A DNA stretch of 64,000 nt from a virus: IMG/VR virus record IMGVR_UViG_3300049491_000383, positions 1-64,000 of that record; one strand, written 5' to 3'. This document shows, in pieces, positions 36,228-46,095 of this stretch. Below the pieces are notes generated by a model. The model did not search any database. It was not told the DNA's origin and worked only from the letters and a program-made list of their open reading frames with translations. Numbering within the stretch: position 1 is the first letter of the stretch; every line of letters begins with the position of its first letter. The position numbers and the translations under genes are program-made.

Positions 36228-37492
36228 TTTTTTGTGCGGCCAAGTTGTGTTTGTTCCTGTTGTTTAATAAGGTGCATTCTTTCGGTGCGTTCTTCTTGTA
36301 CCATAAAAGTGAATATTTGTCTAACGTCTTCCGACATTGCTTTTCTCTTATCTAAACCAAGCTCATCTGCAAACTCTTGTTCCAAAAAGGCCCTTAGTTG
36401 CTTAGACAATCCATATTCTTTAGCTAAATCTGCAACTTTCTGCACTGCTGGACTACCTGCCGGTGCATCCGAGATGTCATCGTATTCTTTATCGTCGGTT
36501 TTGAAGACTTGAGCAAATACCTTATTAATTTCCTTTTCGCTATATCCGAATTTTAACAGTATACGCTTAATGTCGTTTGTGTCATCCGAATATCCATCGG
36601 AGCCATCTCCAGAGAGACCGTCGGCCCATGCTTGACGCAAATCTTCGACATCAACTGCGTCTTTCCTTAGACCCTTGAACACCTTTCCTAGGCCAGTCGG
36701 TTTGCTGCGTAGATATGCAGCATCTTTGAAGAGTGCCTCGGCATCTGCACGGTTAATTATAGACTCTGATAGGTTTTCACCGAGCGCTCTCCACAGAGCT
36801 TTTCTTTGCGGTGGAGTCATGATCTCACGCACCATCTGCTTGAGCTTTCTCATGTACTCTTGCTTCTTGGCAATCTTTTCCTCTTCGGATGGCTCTGGCT
36901 CACCTGCTGGTTCTTCTGGTTCAGCCTTAGGTGATAGAAGGATATTGAAGATTTCCTTAATATCAGCTTCCTCAAGCTCTACACCCTGGCGATCATAGAA
37001 ATCTTCACTTAGACGGGTTGGATTCTTACCGGGACCCTTATACTTGAAACGTGGCTTTCTCTTATGTGTAAGAGTTAGTGGATCCGAAGTATCTGTTGGA
37101 TCAATATCTTCTGCATCGTCGTTTGAGTATTTCTTTGGCTTATCCTGAGGTTGCAACGGAGTTGCTGGATTTTGCCTCTCACCCGGGGTTACTTCGTTCT
37201 GAAACCAAGTCGACAAATCACCCTCGGGTTTCTTACCCGGAAGTGCTTTAGGCTCGTCTTGCGGAGCCTTTGTGCCTGCACCCTTCTTGTAGACTACAGT
37301 TCTAATTGCCTTGCGAACATCTTCTTCGTCAAAGTCAGTTTTTAAGTCAAGGAAACGGATTAATTCCTGTACTGTAGGTTTTCTATTGTATTTGAGCTTA
37401 CCGGTCTTTGGATCCGAATTACTATTTGCAATCTGATTGCTCTTTAAGAACTGGATCCATTCCCTAGTAAGTGATGTGAGATTAATTGCCAT
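36224..37492 (-). CDS. Hypothetical probable internal head protein
   Basis: 422 aa with LSED, LSES and MSED motifs. Confidence 0.7.
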   Translation of the reverse strand: MAINLTSLTREWIQFLKSNQIANSNSDPKTGKLKYNRKPTVQELIRFLDLKTDFDEEDVRKAIRTVVYKKGAGTKAPQDEPKALPGKKPEGDLSTWFQNEVTPGERQNPATPLQPQDKPKKYSNDDAEDIDPTDTSDPLTLTHKRKPRFKYKGPGKNPTRLSEDFYDRQGVELEEADIKEIFNILLSPKAEPEEPAGEPEPSEEEKIAKKQEYMRKLKQMVREIMTPPQRKALWRALGENLSESIINRADAEALFKDAAYLRSKPTGLGKVFKGLRKDAVDVEDLRQAWADGLSGDGSDGYSDDTNDIKRILLKFGYSEKEINKVFAQVFKTDDKEYDDISDAPAGSPAVQKVADLAKEYGLSKQLRAFLEQEFADELGLDKRKAMSEDVRQIFTFMVQEERTERMHLIKQQEQTQLGRTKK

Positions 37493-37763
37493 CGACGTCT
37501 TCGTCTCCTTCGCAACCTGTTCTAATACGCTTTACCATTCGAGTAAAACGATTAGGATCAGATCCGCGAATGCTAGAGACAAAACGCTTCTTTAATGCTT
37601 CAGCTTCTTCGGCAGTGAACGCTGCATCGATAGATTCTAACAGATTGATAGCCGAAACTATAATATGCTGCGCTCTAGCCTCGATTAGGTCTTCCTTACT
37701 CTTTTGAGGAACGTAAGTGCTAATTTCCTCTAGAATGGACCTGCTTTTGCGATTAATGGACAA
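37482..37763 (-). CDS. Small hypothetical protein
   Basis: RSILEEI...IRGSDPNRF; late motif at 37789..37796. Confidence 0.7.
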   Translation of the reverse strand: MSINRKSRSILEEISTYVPQKSKEDLIEARAQHIIVSAINLLESIDAAFTAEEAEALKKRFVSSIRGSDPNRFTRMVKRIRTGCEGDEDVDGN

Positions 37764-37823
37764 GTTATAATCTCCGATTATTTTTCTATATTTATCGATT
37801 AATCAGCTTTATCTGGTATTTTG

Positions 37824-39269
37824 TTACTTACGGTTTCTCTGCATTTCTCTAACTAGAGCCGCACCAGTTAAAACATTAGCTCCTGCAGAAATTTGTGTCG
37901 TAGAAGTAATCTCACCAGATTCTGGATCAACCTTCTCGCCCGACTTTACAACACTACGTTTCTTCAACTGATCATAGATATTCTTAGTTGTCGCAGTCAC
38001 AGCGTTATCTTCGCCTTCTTCGAGGTCAGTAATTCGCAAACTCTTATTATTGAATGCCAGATCAACCTTTGAGCCGACGCCAGAACTTGAACGTGTCTTA
38101 ATGAATTGAATTTGATAGCGACCACCCTCCTTCATCGCAGCACTTGTGAAAATACCCACAACATTATCTGCTGTGTTAACTTTAGAAATACCACCAGCAA
38201 TGTGACTTGGATCGTATTCAATTTCTTCATAAGATCCACGATTCAACTGCGATGCCGAAACAGTAACAGTGTTTAGTTCAACCGCAAGGTTACGCAATTC
38301 TTCAGTGATGTACTTGTCCTTAACAAACAAGTTCTCTGCAGAAATCTTCTTAGACATTGGCATCATCAAATCCAAGTAGTCAACTAGGATACAATCAACC
38401 TTTACCTTTGCGTGAATTTCGTATTCTTTGATGAATGCGCGAATATCATTAGCTGTACACCCGTTAGGTAACTGCTTTACACGAAGTGTACCATGACTTT
38501 TTTGTTGTGATGCCCTTACTCTCATGTGAACATCATCAATGTTACGCATAACCTCACGAGTTTCAAAACCCGTGTGCATTGCATCAATACGCATTGAACA
38601 CAATGCTTCGCTCAATTCGAGTGACAGGTAAACTACGTTCATCCCTGCCTGCGCCCAATTTACTGCAAGGTTCTGCAAGAATAGGGATTTACCTGCACCG
38701 GATTGCCCAGCGAAGATTGTAATTTCACCCTTGTTAAATCCGCCGTAGAGTTTTTCGTCTACTGTTTTCCATCCCGTGGATACCTGCCCTTTACCTTCTC
38801 GAATAGCTTCGAGTCTAGCTTTCGGATTTGCGTAATAATCAGTTCCGAGGTCTTTAACAAGGGCAATCTGAACCGCCGCTTTGATGGTTGCTTCAACTTC
38901 CCCATAACGTCCATTATCCAATAAGTCGGGCGAAGCTAGAATTGCATCACGCAACGCCTTGTGTCTACAAAACTTCTCAAACTCCCTTAAAAACCAATTC
39001 TCATGTGTGGCCGCCTCGACCTCCATGATTTCGATATCTTTCTTTGTGAGTGCCTTAATTTGTGGCAACGACGGAATATCCGAAAAGTCAACACTATAGC
39101 TTTCAATGAAAGCAACAGTATCTCTGTTCTGCTTATCATCAAAATAATCTGACTTTAGAATACCCTTACAACGAATAAAGAGGTCTGGCCTGCTCATCAT
39201 AAAGTTGATGAACAAGTCCTCTACATCTTTGCTGTAGTCGTTTATCTCACTTGCGTTTTCTTCGCTCAT
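37824..39269 (-). CDS. T4 gp41-like replicative helicase
   Basis: STGW..VD..LYGG, AGQSGAGKS, VDYLDLM, SASQLNR, IKTR. Confidence 0.92.
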   Translation of the reverse strand: MSEENASEINDYSKDVEDLFINFMMSRPDLFIRCKGILKSDYFDDKQNRDTVAFIESYSVDFSDIPSLPQIKALTKKDIEIMEVEAATHENWFLREFEKFCRHKALRDAILASPDLLDNGRYGEVEATIKAAVQIALVKDLGTDYYANPKARLEAIREGKGQVSTGWKTVDEKLYGGFNKGEITIFAGQSGAGKSLFLQNLAVNWAQAGMNVVYLSLELSEALCSMRIDAMHTGFETREVMRNIDDVHMRVRASQQKSHGTLRVKQLPNGCTANDIRAFIKEYEIHAKVKVDCILVDYLDLMMPMSKKISAENLFVKDKYITEELRNLAVELNTVTVSASQLNRGSYEEIEYDPSHIAGGISKVNTADNVVGIFTSAAMKEGGRYQIQFIKTRSSSGVGSKVDLAFNNKSLRITDLEEGEDNAVTATTKNIYDQLKKRSVVKSGEKVDPESGEITSTTQISAGANVLTGAALVREMQRNRK

Positions 39270-40302
39270 TCTGCTGTATATCCCAGGTTAACTGTATCTT
39301 TTCCTTTCCAGATACTGCGGTAGAAATGATAGAGTGAGTAGTCAAGAGTCTGCCATAAACTTCTGATGCCTTTGCAGCATCTTTAATGTCAGACGGCCAG
39401 CGAGGAAATGCTACTGCCCAATTGTTCTCAATTGCTGCATCAACCAAATCGCCACCACTTTTGTCTCTATCGGGGCACACAATCACCTGCTTCTGCAAAC
39501 GATTGATAATGTCTACCTTTGCTTGTCCAATTTCGCCTAATGTACTTATGCCGTCGACCGACCAGGCATCAAGCACGCCCTCATTGACGAGGACATATTT
39601 ACGTGCCCAACCTTGTTGTGGGTCGAGGTTATAGACAAAGTCCATTGGACATTGCTGATAGTATTTTGGTATTGTTTTGTCGTCGGTATCGTAGCACAAA
39701 CGTGAGGTAAATCCAACGATATTCCGCCTATAATAATAGGGTATGATGAGACGTTGATTCAGATTATGTGTACGGTCTGGACACCAATAAAATTGATCTA
39801 AATCGTAAATGCGTCGTGTCAACGCATAATTGACAACTTTTAGAAACTGTGGATCATCTAATCCGTGTTCGAGCCATTCTGTAATACGCATAGAGTCTTG
39901 TGGCAACTCCATAGGCTTCCATTGCTGGAAAAGCTTCTTAAGCTTGCTCTCTCTATCTTCTGTAACTTGTCCCTCGCGGGTGGTCTCTATCTTATTCTTT
40001 GCCCTGAAGATCTCAAACTCAATTTGCTTGATGAATTCTTCGCCCACATGCAATTGACGTAAGAAGAACTTCATTGACTTAGATAATTCTTTGCCCTCTG
40101 TATAGCCAGCGGTAAACTTGCAATTGAAACAATTGCAAGCTATAGAATCTGAATTAAACTGAATTCCAAAGCGATTGCGTGTATCTTTGCCGTGCCCTTG
40201 GGTGTGGCAAAGCATACAGTGACGTTTATACCAGCCCTTAGGGGCTTGTTTCAACGGACCAATGTTTTGTAGAATTGCGTCTTTGAGTGAGTCAAGGATC
40301 AT
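39247..40302 (-). CDS. DNA primase (gp61/DnaG-like)
   Basis: Zn finger CMLC...CFNC, RLIIP, TOPRIM EGVLDA and DRDKSG, KDA. Confidence 0.88.
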   Translation of the reverse strand: MILDSLKDAILQNIGPLKQAPKGWYKRHCMLCHTQGHGKDTRNRFGIQFNSDSIACNCFNCKFTAGYTEGKELSKSMKFFLRQLHVGEEFIKQIEFEIFRAKNKIETTREGQVTEDRESKLKKLFQQWKPMELPQDSMRITEWLEHGLDDPQFLKVVNYALTRRIYDLDQFYWCPDRTHNLNQRLIIPYYYRRNIVGFTSRLCYDTDDKTIPKYYQQCPMDFVYNLDPQQGWARKYVLVNEGVLDAWSVDGISTLGEIGQAKVDIINRLQKQVIVCPDRDKSGGDLVDAAIENNWAVAFPRWPSDIKDAAKASEVYGRLLTTHSIISTAVSGKEKIQLTWDIQQNERRKRK

Positions 40303-40308
40303 TGAACA

Positions 40309-40337
40309 ACTATAACAGATTCTCTATCGAAAATCAA
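40309..40337 (-). promoter_or_regulatory. sigma70-type promoter, probably leaderless, for primase-helicase
   Basis: TTGATT-17 nt-TATAGT with TG extension; 6 nt to the ATG at 40302. Confidence 0.6.
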
Positions 40338-41206
40338 GTACGAACAATGAGCTTCTCTAAGACACCAGGATCAAGCACTTGCTGGCTTGGGAAGTATCTA
40401 AACTTCAGCCACATAAAGTTTGCCTGGAACGACCATGCTTGTGTGCCGGTGTAACCAGTAAATGTGATATCCTGTGCCATTGACGATGGATAGATTTTAA
40501 ACCAACGTGCAGAACTTAGGTATGGATCTGGTGTTTCCTCCAGTGATCCCCAAATTTCTAGTATGCCAGTGAAGTTATTTGTAAAGGTTGAAAATGTCTG
40601 AACTGACTCAATGTGGTTCAATACTCTGCCACCCGGAATTCTTGCCGAATAGAAGCAAGGTGCAGGTGCAGTCATTGTACCGACGAGAATGTCAGGTGTC
40701 CAATCTCCTGGAAGAATTGTAACACTTGGTTGCGGTGCTTTGAATGCTTGTTCTGTAATTTCAATTTGCATTGCAACATTGTCATTCATATCACTGTACA
40801 AAGGCTTTTCTACATAGTAGTCAGGTGCATTGGATACAAATTCTTGCGTTCTAATAAGAACAATTTCATACAGACCGGCGTGAACTAAAGCTAAGTCTCC
40901 ACCATCTAATTCTAATGTGATGATACCCTTTGCTGGTCCAAGGCGGCAAAGTTTTTCAAGTACAACTGTTCTGTTTTCCGGATCAATGATCCTTCCGTAG
41001 ACTTGTTGGTCACAAGCAATGTCTTGTGGAACTCTATCTGGGCCCAATACTCGGAAAATAAGCTTGTTATCGATACCCTTGTGTGCTTTCAGTGTTATGT
41101 TATTGTTCATAGGTCCATTATCCTTACAAGAGCAGAAAGTATCACCAACGGCCAACAATTGCCAAACGTGATCATACATATACATTTTATGAAAAGTTAC
41201 ATCCAT
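40334..41206 (-). CDS. Probable virion/baseplate structural protein
   Basis: Beta-rich, KGIDNKLIF, FTGILEIWGSL, WLKFRY. Confidence 0.7.
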   Translation of the reverse strand: MDVTFHKMYMYDHVWQLLAVGDTFCSCKDNGPMNNNITLKAHKGIDNKLIFRVLGPDRVPQDIACDQQVYGRIIDPENRTVVLEKLCRLGPAKGIITLELDGGDLALVHAGLYEIVLIRTQEFVSNAPDYYVEKPLYSDMNDNVAMQIEITEQAFKAPQPSVTILPGDWTPDILVGTMTAPAPCFYSARIPGGRVLNHIESVQTFSTFTNNFTGILEIWGSLEETPDPYLSSARWFKIYPSSMAQDITFTGYTGTQAWSFQANFMWLKFRYFPSQQVLDPGVLEKLIVRT

Positions 41207-41220
41207 TTGTGCCTATTTTA

Positions 41221-42168
41221 TCAAACAGTTACCGAAATATATGCTGTCTTGGTGTTATTATATGGTGTTCCGCCAATAGTTGCAGTTAAACTTACTGTAA
41301 AGTTGGTGTTCGATGGGAGACTATTTACAAATGGTACTGTCGGAACAGGTTGTGTTGTATCAGACCACCGAGCAACACCATTTGTAATTTCAAGATCATC
41401 AATTTGCCCAATAAAAAATTCATTTAAGAAGGATTTTCCTAATACAAAATCTGTCGATGATGATGTAGGGATAGCCGACATTAAATCATTACTTACACGA
41501 GTACCATCAACATATAATTTTAATCTTATCTCATCATATGATGCAGAAATATAATGCCAATTTCCATCATTAACTACTACTCCAAAGTTTCGAAACACAG
41601 TTCCATCTCTAATAAATTGCAATTGACCGGCTGATAAACGAATTCCATAGCCGTTTGAGCTAGTTAAGCTCGAAGTAAATAACCCGGCATTTCCTGTCTG
41701 TGATGTCTTAACCCAGAAAGAAAAGGACCACGGTCCCGAATTTAGCTGTAATGCTGATGTTAATGGACATGTAATGAGACCTGTTCCCTGAAATCCTAAT
41801 GCACCAGTTCCAAATTTTGGCGATGAGGTATCAACAGAGGTGCCCGTGCCGGTAACTGTCATAGGATTTGCTACATCACTACTATCAATGATTACAGTAG
41901 ATCCATTTGTACCGTCGCCGTGGAGACCTAATATTACAAGATCCCAATATGGATCCTCAAGGATATATGTATGGGATGGATTCTGCAGAGAACTTGTATT
42001 ACCGTCACCGAAAGTCCAATTCCAGGCGGTTGCACCACCCATAGACAGATCAGTAAAATCTACAGATAATGGAGTAGAACCCGACAATGGTGTTCCAATA
42101 AAATCAGAAAATATATTTATAGATGAAATCTTAAGACCCGAGAGATTTACCGATGATAATTTAGTCAT
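41221..42168 (-). CDS. PKD-domain / LamG (ConA-like) virion protein
   Basis: FTDLS...WNWTFGDG...QNPSHTY (PKD) interrupted by LamG (WSFSFWVK, DGNWHYI, LYVDG, GQIDDL). Confidence 0.8.
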   Translation of the reverse strand: MTKLSSVNLSGLKISSINIFSDFIGTPLSGSTPLSVDFTDLSMGGATAWNWTFGDGNTSSLQNPSHTYILEDPYWDLVILGLHGDGTNGSTVIIDSSDVANPMTVTGTGTSVDTSSPKFGTGALGFQGTGLITCPLTSALQLNSGPWSFSFWVKTSQTGNAGLFTSSLTSSNGYGIRLSAGQLQFIRDGTVFRNFGVVVNDGNWHYISASYDEIRLKLYVDGTRVSNDLMSAIPTSSSTDFVLGKSFLNEFFIGQIDDLEITNGVARWSDTTQPVPTVPFVNSLPSNTNFTVSLTATIGGTPYNNTKTAYISVTV

Positions 42169-42253
42169 GAAACTTCCTTATAGTTTCACATATTTATCAC
42201 AGCAAGCACCAAAAAAAGTTTTATCCTTTGCTAAGATACATAAATAACATCGT

Positions 42254-42625
42254 ATGATAAACCTTGACGATATCAAAGAAAAATTCCCCTTTCTTACCGG
42301 TCTGCGATGCCAAAACCACGAGTATATTGGTATTATCCAAAATTCTGACGATAAGATTATTAGTTTCTACGATTATGAATCGATCCGCTCTGCTGAAGAG
42401 AAATTGCTCTTTATTGAGCACGGAGAGACATGGTGGTGGGAAAGTAATCGCTTACTTCCAATTAACATTTTCTTACAAGGTCAAATGCAATCGTTTCGCT
42501 ATTGCATGAAGACAGTGGTAAACAAAGATGTGGAAATTATGTTTGGTCCTATCACGAGCCTAAACAATATCATGAAGAAACGGATTAAAAAGCGCCAGAT
42601 TCAGTTAATCAGGCGAATGGACTAA
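42254..42625 (+). CDS. Hypothetical protein
   Basis: Late motif ATAAATA at 42240..42246; KFPFL...EYIGIIQN...WWWESNR.LPINIFL. Confidence 0.8.
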   Translation: MINLDDIKEKFPFLTGLRCQNHEYIGIIQNSDDKIISFYDYESIRSAEEKLLFIEHGETWWWESNRLLPINIFLQGQMQSFRYCMKTVVNKDVEIMFGPITSLNNIMKKRIKKRQIQLIRRMD

Positions 42626-43212
42626 TCCTTCGACATTTCCTCTATCAATAAATTAAGATTCACAACAATTGCCGAAGCATAGGCGATACCGTGAGCTCTT
42701 TTGAATTGGTAGGACTCCTCTCCCTCAACTTTTAGCCAAACTTCCTTCTTAATGCGCTCCCAGTCGTGCTGCTGTAGGTACGCCTTGGCTGGGCGCATAA
42801 TCGCCAGAATCATAGCTAAATCCTCCACAGATTGTGGCCTGTATCTAACTAGCAGATTGCTGTGATCCTTTAGATGGAATAATTGATCAGTAACTTCCTG
42901 ATACAAGAAAAAATCCCACGGCGGTTCTTTGTGCAATAAGTCTAACAGGTGCTGCTCCGACTTGATACCTTTGTACATATTCACATTCAAGAAGTCAATC
43001 TTGAAGTAACCATAATCCTTTGCAATTCTATGGTCAAGCGTTGATATATTAGTAGTAGGATCTCGCGGAATATTCTGAAAGTAAACCCCGGTATTGTGTT
43101 TCTCAACTTTACCGTCGGGACGGTCGATTCGGCCAAAAATACATTCGATACCTTTTAGTATCTCGTCTCTTCCAAAGACGTCTACGTCGACGTCGGTCGT
43201 AATCTTTTTCAT
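42622..43212 (-). CDS. Miniature DnaE/Pol III alpha-like polymerase core
   Basis: DVDVD, KHNTGVY, GYFKIDFL, LAIMRP, YQFKRAHGIAY match PDIDxD, HAAG, KxDFL, ALxRP and Y.FNKSH. Confidence 0.8.
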   Translation of the reverse strand: MKKITTDVDVDVFGRDEILKGIECIFGRIDRPDGKVEKHNTGVYFQNIPRDPTTNISTLDHRIAKDYGYFKIDFLNVNMYKGIKSEQHLLDLLHKEPPWDFFLYQEVTDQLFHLKDHSNLLVRYRPQSVEDLAMILAIMRPAKAYLQQHDWERIKKEVWLKVEGEESYQFKRAHGIAYASAIVVNLNLLIEEMSKD

Positions 43213-43487
43213 TTCGTTAAAGGCATATAGGGACAGTAATAGAAAGAATCATCAACACTTGACTTCCCTTTGTACCCCATTACCTGAGGTGGAAGTCTTT
43301 TTGAAAACTTTAAGGTGAAGGCGGTAAAGTCTTCAAGCTCCTTGAAGAAATACATTTTGCTGGTAGAGTTGCCACCATGTGCGGCAATAGCGTAGACATC
43401 CATATTACCGTCAACAACCCAATGTGCAAATTCGGTATACGAAACATCGTAATCATTTAGGTTAATCGACATTGAGAGATCGTTCAT
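43209..43487 (-). CDS. Small hypothetical protein (FTLKF family)
   Basis: EDFTAFTLKF. Confidence 0.6.
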   Translation of the reverse strand: MNDLSMSINLNDYDVSYTEFAHWVVDGNMDVYAIAAHGGNSTSKMYFFKELEDFTAFTLKFSKRLPPQVMGYKGKSSVDDSFYYCPYMPLTK

Positions 43488-43692
43488 TTTCTATCATCTC
43501 CTCTACTTTTATTTTATGCCTATTGATTCCAAATTTTAGTGTAAATGCCATAGCATCTTCCTCTGATCCAAATGAAATCTCACCTGTAATCCATTCATAA
43601 GTAATATCGCCCAATAAGCCGTATTCTTTCAGCCAAATCCCAACATCGGCTCTCATATTCTGTGGCAACTTGAAGGTTACAGGAATATTCAC
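43462..43692 (-). CDS. Small hypothetical protein (FTLKF family)
   Basis: FGSEEDAMAFTLKF. Confidence 0.6.
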   Translation of the reverse strand: MNIPVTFKLPQNMRADVGIWLKEYGLLGDITYEWITGEISFGSEEDAMAFTLKFGINRHKIKVEEMIENERSLNVD

Positions 43693-44390
43693 AATCCTGC
43701 CTGTTCTAAAAGTGTCCTAATGTATTCAACATCGTCGTCGGCTTTCTTAAACTTGCGCATCCAGAAGCCCGGATCAATAACCTGCCCAATCATTTTTGCA
43801 TGGTCGTCATTGAATCTATCCATAAGTTCGCTACCTGTTGCACACAAATAGAGAACCCACGGGCTAATTCTACCAGTCTTAATAAGGTATGCCGCTTCGT
43901 TTGCAGAGATATTAGAAAAGAACTGGTTAAACTGTGAATTGTTTTTCTCAGACCAGGCCACAATTGTCGTAATAGATCGCTCCGCAGCACTTGAAGGTGG
44001 TTCGGTCTTAACAAGATTTTCAATGTAAAGTTCGTATACTGGATCTGTCGTCCATTTTGGCATTTTAAGACCACTTAGTATAACGAAATCAATATACTGT
44101 TCAATGTGTACTGGTTTCAGCAATGCTAAGTGATTTCCAAATTTTACAAAATCAATGTAATATGGACTATCAACAAAATCCTCAAATGATTTGATTTTCT
44201 TAGAGGTAGTTGTTAGTGTATAGAATCTTTGAAAAGCTCTCAGACCGAAACGCGATCCGTCTGTGTTGGCGTCTAAATGTCGACGCTTCTTAACACACAT
44301 ATGGGTCGCGAGTGTAGATTCCTTGTGAAACTTACTTCCACAGAACTTACAATCAAACTTTTGTTCCATTGCTTTCTTTTTTGCTAACAA
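43689..44390 (-). CDS. C2H2-like zinc finger protein
   Basis: FDCKFCGSKF....L..HMC; GRISPW. Confidence 0.75.
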   Translation of the reverse strand: MLAKKKAMEQKFDCKFCGSKFHKESTLATHMCVKKRRHLDANTDGSRFGLRAFQRFYTLTTTSKKIKSFEDFVDSPYYIDFVKFGNHLALLKPVHIEQYIDFVILSGLKMPKWTTDPVYELYIENLVKTEPPSSAAERSITTIVAWSEKNNSQFNQFFSNISANEAAYLIKTGRISPWVLYLCATGSELMDRFNDDHAKMIGQVIDPGFWMRKFKKADDDVEYIRTLLEQAGL

Positions 44391-44951
44391 TCACTTTCCC
44401 TTTGTCAATAGTTCTTTGATTGTCTTATCGTCAAATCCATTATCTTTGAGAAACACTTCTAAATCCTCAGTGCTGTTAATCTGCTGGAACAATTCTAGTT
44501 CCGCACCACGTAGATTTGGAAAATATTGTAGGATAACTTCCTCAACCTTATTCTTTTTCATACCCCTTGGTGGTGCAACCCACTCATGACGCTCTGGGCG
44601 ACCTGTTCCTGCAACTGCAAGCAACATCCATTGAAGTTCTTTATGCTTTGTGAGTACCTTTGAATGTACATTGCAAATCGCATTCACATTACTCAGTTGC
44701 AGGTCAGCATCTCGTACAGTTGAGCTCATCCACCGTGTTAATGTCCAGATAGAAATGTCTTTCTTCTGTTCATCGTTGAGTCTACTATAAAACTTCTTGT
44801 CGCGTCGATCAAGCGCAGGAATAACGTCCTTAAACAAGTCGTTTTTGTATTCCTTACTTTTCTTTTCCTTAGTCTCCTCTACCTTTACAGCATCCGGATT
44901 TAATTCAAAGAACTGTTCGACCCAATTACTCAAAAAGTGCTCCAATATCAA
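44391..44951 (-). CDS. Clamp-loader small subunit-like (gp62-like) protein
   Basis: RWMS...N...HKELQWMLL...W pattern and replication-block context; start uncertain. Confidence 0.5.
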   Translation of the reverse strand: MILEHFLSNWVEQFFELNPDAVKVEETKEKKSKEYKNDLFKDVIPALDRRDKKFYSRLNDEQKKDISIWTLTRWMSSTVRDADLQLSNVNAICNVHSKVLTKHKELQWMLLAVAGTGRPERHEWVAPPRGMKKNKVEEVILQYFPNLRGAELELFQQINSTEDLEVFLKDNGFDDKTIKELLTKGK

Positions 44952-45429
44952 TTACATCGGGTAGTTTACTGACTTCCTTAACAAAGAGCACGCAATTCGG
45001 GATTGCCTTGTCTTCTACGGGCACTACTAGAATGTTTCCGTTCTTCAACTTAGGAAAGAACCATTTTACTTCTGCATACACGTTTGTAATATTGATTTCT
45101 TGTGGTCTCGGTACCATATGCCTTAGTGGATTGAAAACCATTGTATGAAAGCCTCTATCATTTAAGCTTGTAAGAGGCATAACTTCCATATCACTGTAAT
45201 CATCATCGCAAACCAGGATTGACCAATCTAAGGGCATTTGGACTGTATATTGTCCTATCTTTAGAACCACTGCTGGTGCATAAAAGCTTTCAAGGAAGAT
45301 TAATGGGATGAAAAAGTAATCAGGATTTTTAGGATCTGAATAATCCATTACGCAATAGCGTATATCCTCAATCTCATTTGGAATCTTATCTAAGTTATAC
45401 GCCCGATTTTCATTTGTTAAAATATTCAT
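44926..45429 (-). CDS. Hypothetical protein
   Basis: 167-aa ORF, DYFFIPLIFLESF...MPLDW. Confidence 0.75.
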   Translation of the reverse strand: MNILTNENRAYNLDKIPNEIEDIRYCVMDYSDPKNPDYFFIPLIFLESFYAPAVVLKIGQYTVQMPLDWSILVCDDDYSDMEVMPLTSLNDRGFHTMVFNPLRHMVPRPQEINITNVYAEVKWFFPKLKNGNILVVPVEDKAIPNCVLFVKEVSKLPDVIDIGALFE

Positions 45430-45761
45430 TATCTAAATCCTAGTTGTTCACGCCTGTATTTTTCCCAATCTTCATCTAGCTTCTTCATATCACGTTTTAC
45501 TACAGTTCTTCCAATTGAAATCATGCTAGGAGAATAACCGAGACGTATAAGATAATCAATTAACATATTTTCAAATCCAAGATGTCTAAATGACATATAG
45601 GTAATTGACAACGCTGTTTCAGAATTATCCTCATACTCCATTGTAATCAAATTCTTTGAAACTTCAGCCCTTAATGAACACTTTACGTCAAGGTTATTTG
45701 CCCTGAAGAATGTTTCTATTAGATCTAAGAAACCATATGATATAATCGAATTAATAACCAT
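45429..45761 (-). CDS. Hypothetical protein
   Basis: Packed ORF, AT-rich. Confidence 0.55.
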   Translation of the reverse strand: MVINSIISYGFLDLIETFFRANNLDVKCSLRAEVSKNLITMEYEDNSETALSITYMSFRHLGFENMLIDYLIRLGYSPSMISIGRTVVKRDMKKLDEDWEKYRREQLGFR

Positions 45762-46095
45762 AGCTTATTGTTGATGACAGTATTTTCTTTTCTATCTCGT
45801 CTCTGAAATCCTTAAATGCATCTTCTATGCTCCCATATTGCAAAGTTATCATTGTTGCAGTGTGTTTTGTATCTTCGTCATCAGGAATTTCATATACTAC
45901 ATAATTTCCCGGTGCTGCCCATTTATTGGGTTTCTTTTCATAAAATCCCAATCTTACCTTATCTAATCCACTTGAGTCTAGGAAAAATTCAAAGTGCTCA
46001 AACTCTGCCACAGATATATTTGTCCGCACAGAAGTAATCATCATTCGTTCAGTACGATACTTTAGTGATAGAGAATGGGTATTGGGCTTCAGCAT
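45751..46095 (-). CDS. Hypothetical protein (start probably near 46044)
   Basis: Packed ORF after uvsW. Confidence 0.5.
   Translation of the reverse strand: MLKPNTHSLSLKYRTERMMITSVRTNISVAEFEHFEFFLDSSGLDKVRLGFYEKKPNKWAAPGNYVVYEIPDDEDTKHTATMITLQYGSIEDAFKDFRDEIEKKILSSTISYGY

Noticed and set aside
41003-41554. 183-aa plus-strand ORF
   Set aside because: Antisense to two well-supported minus-strand genes; no recognisable motif
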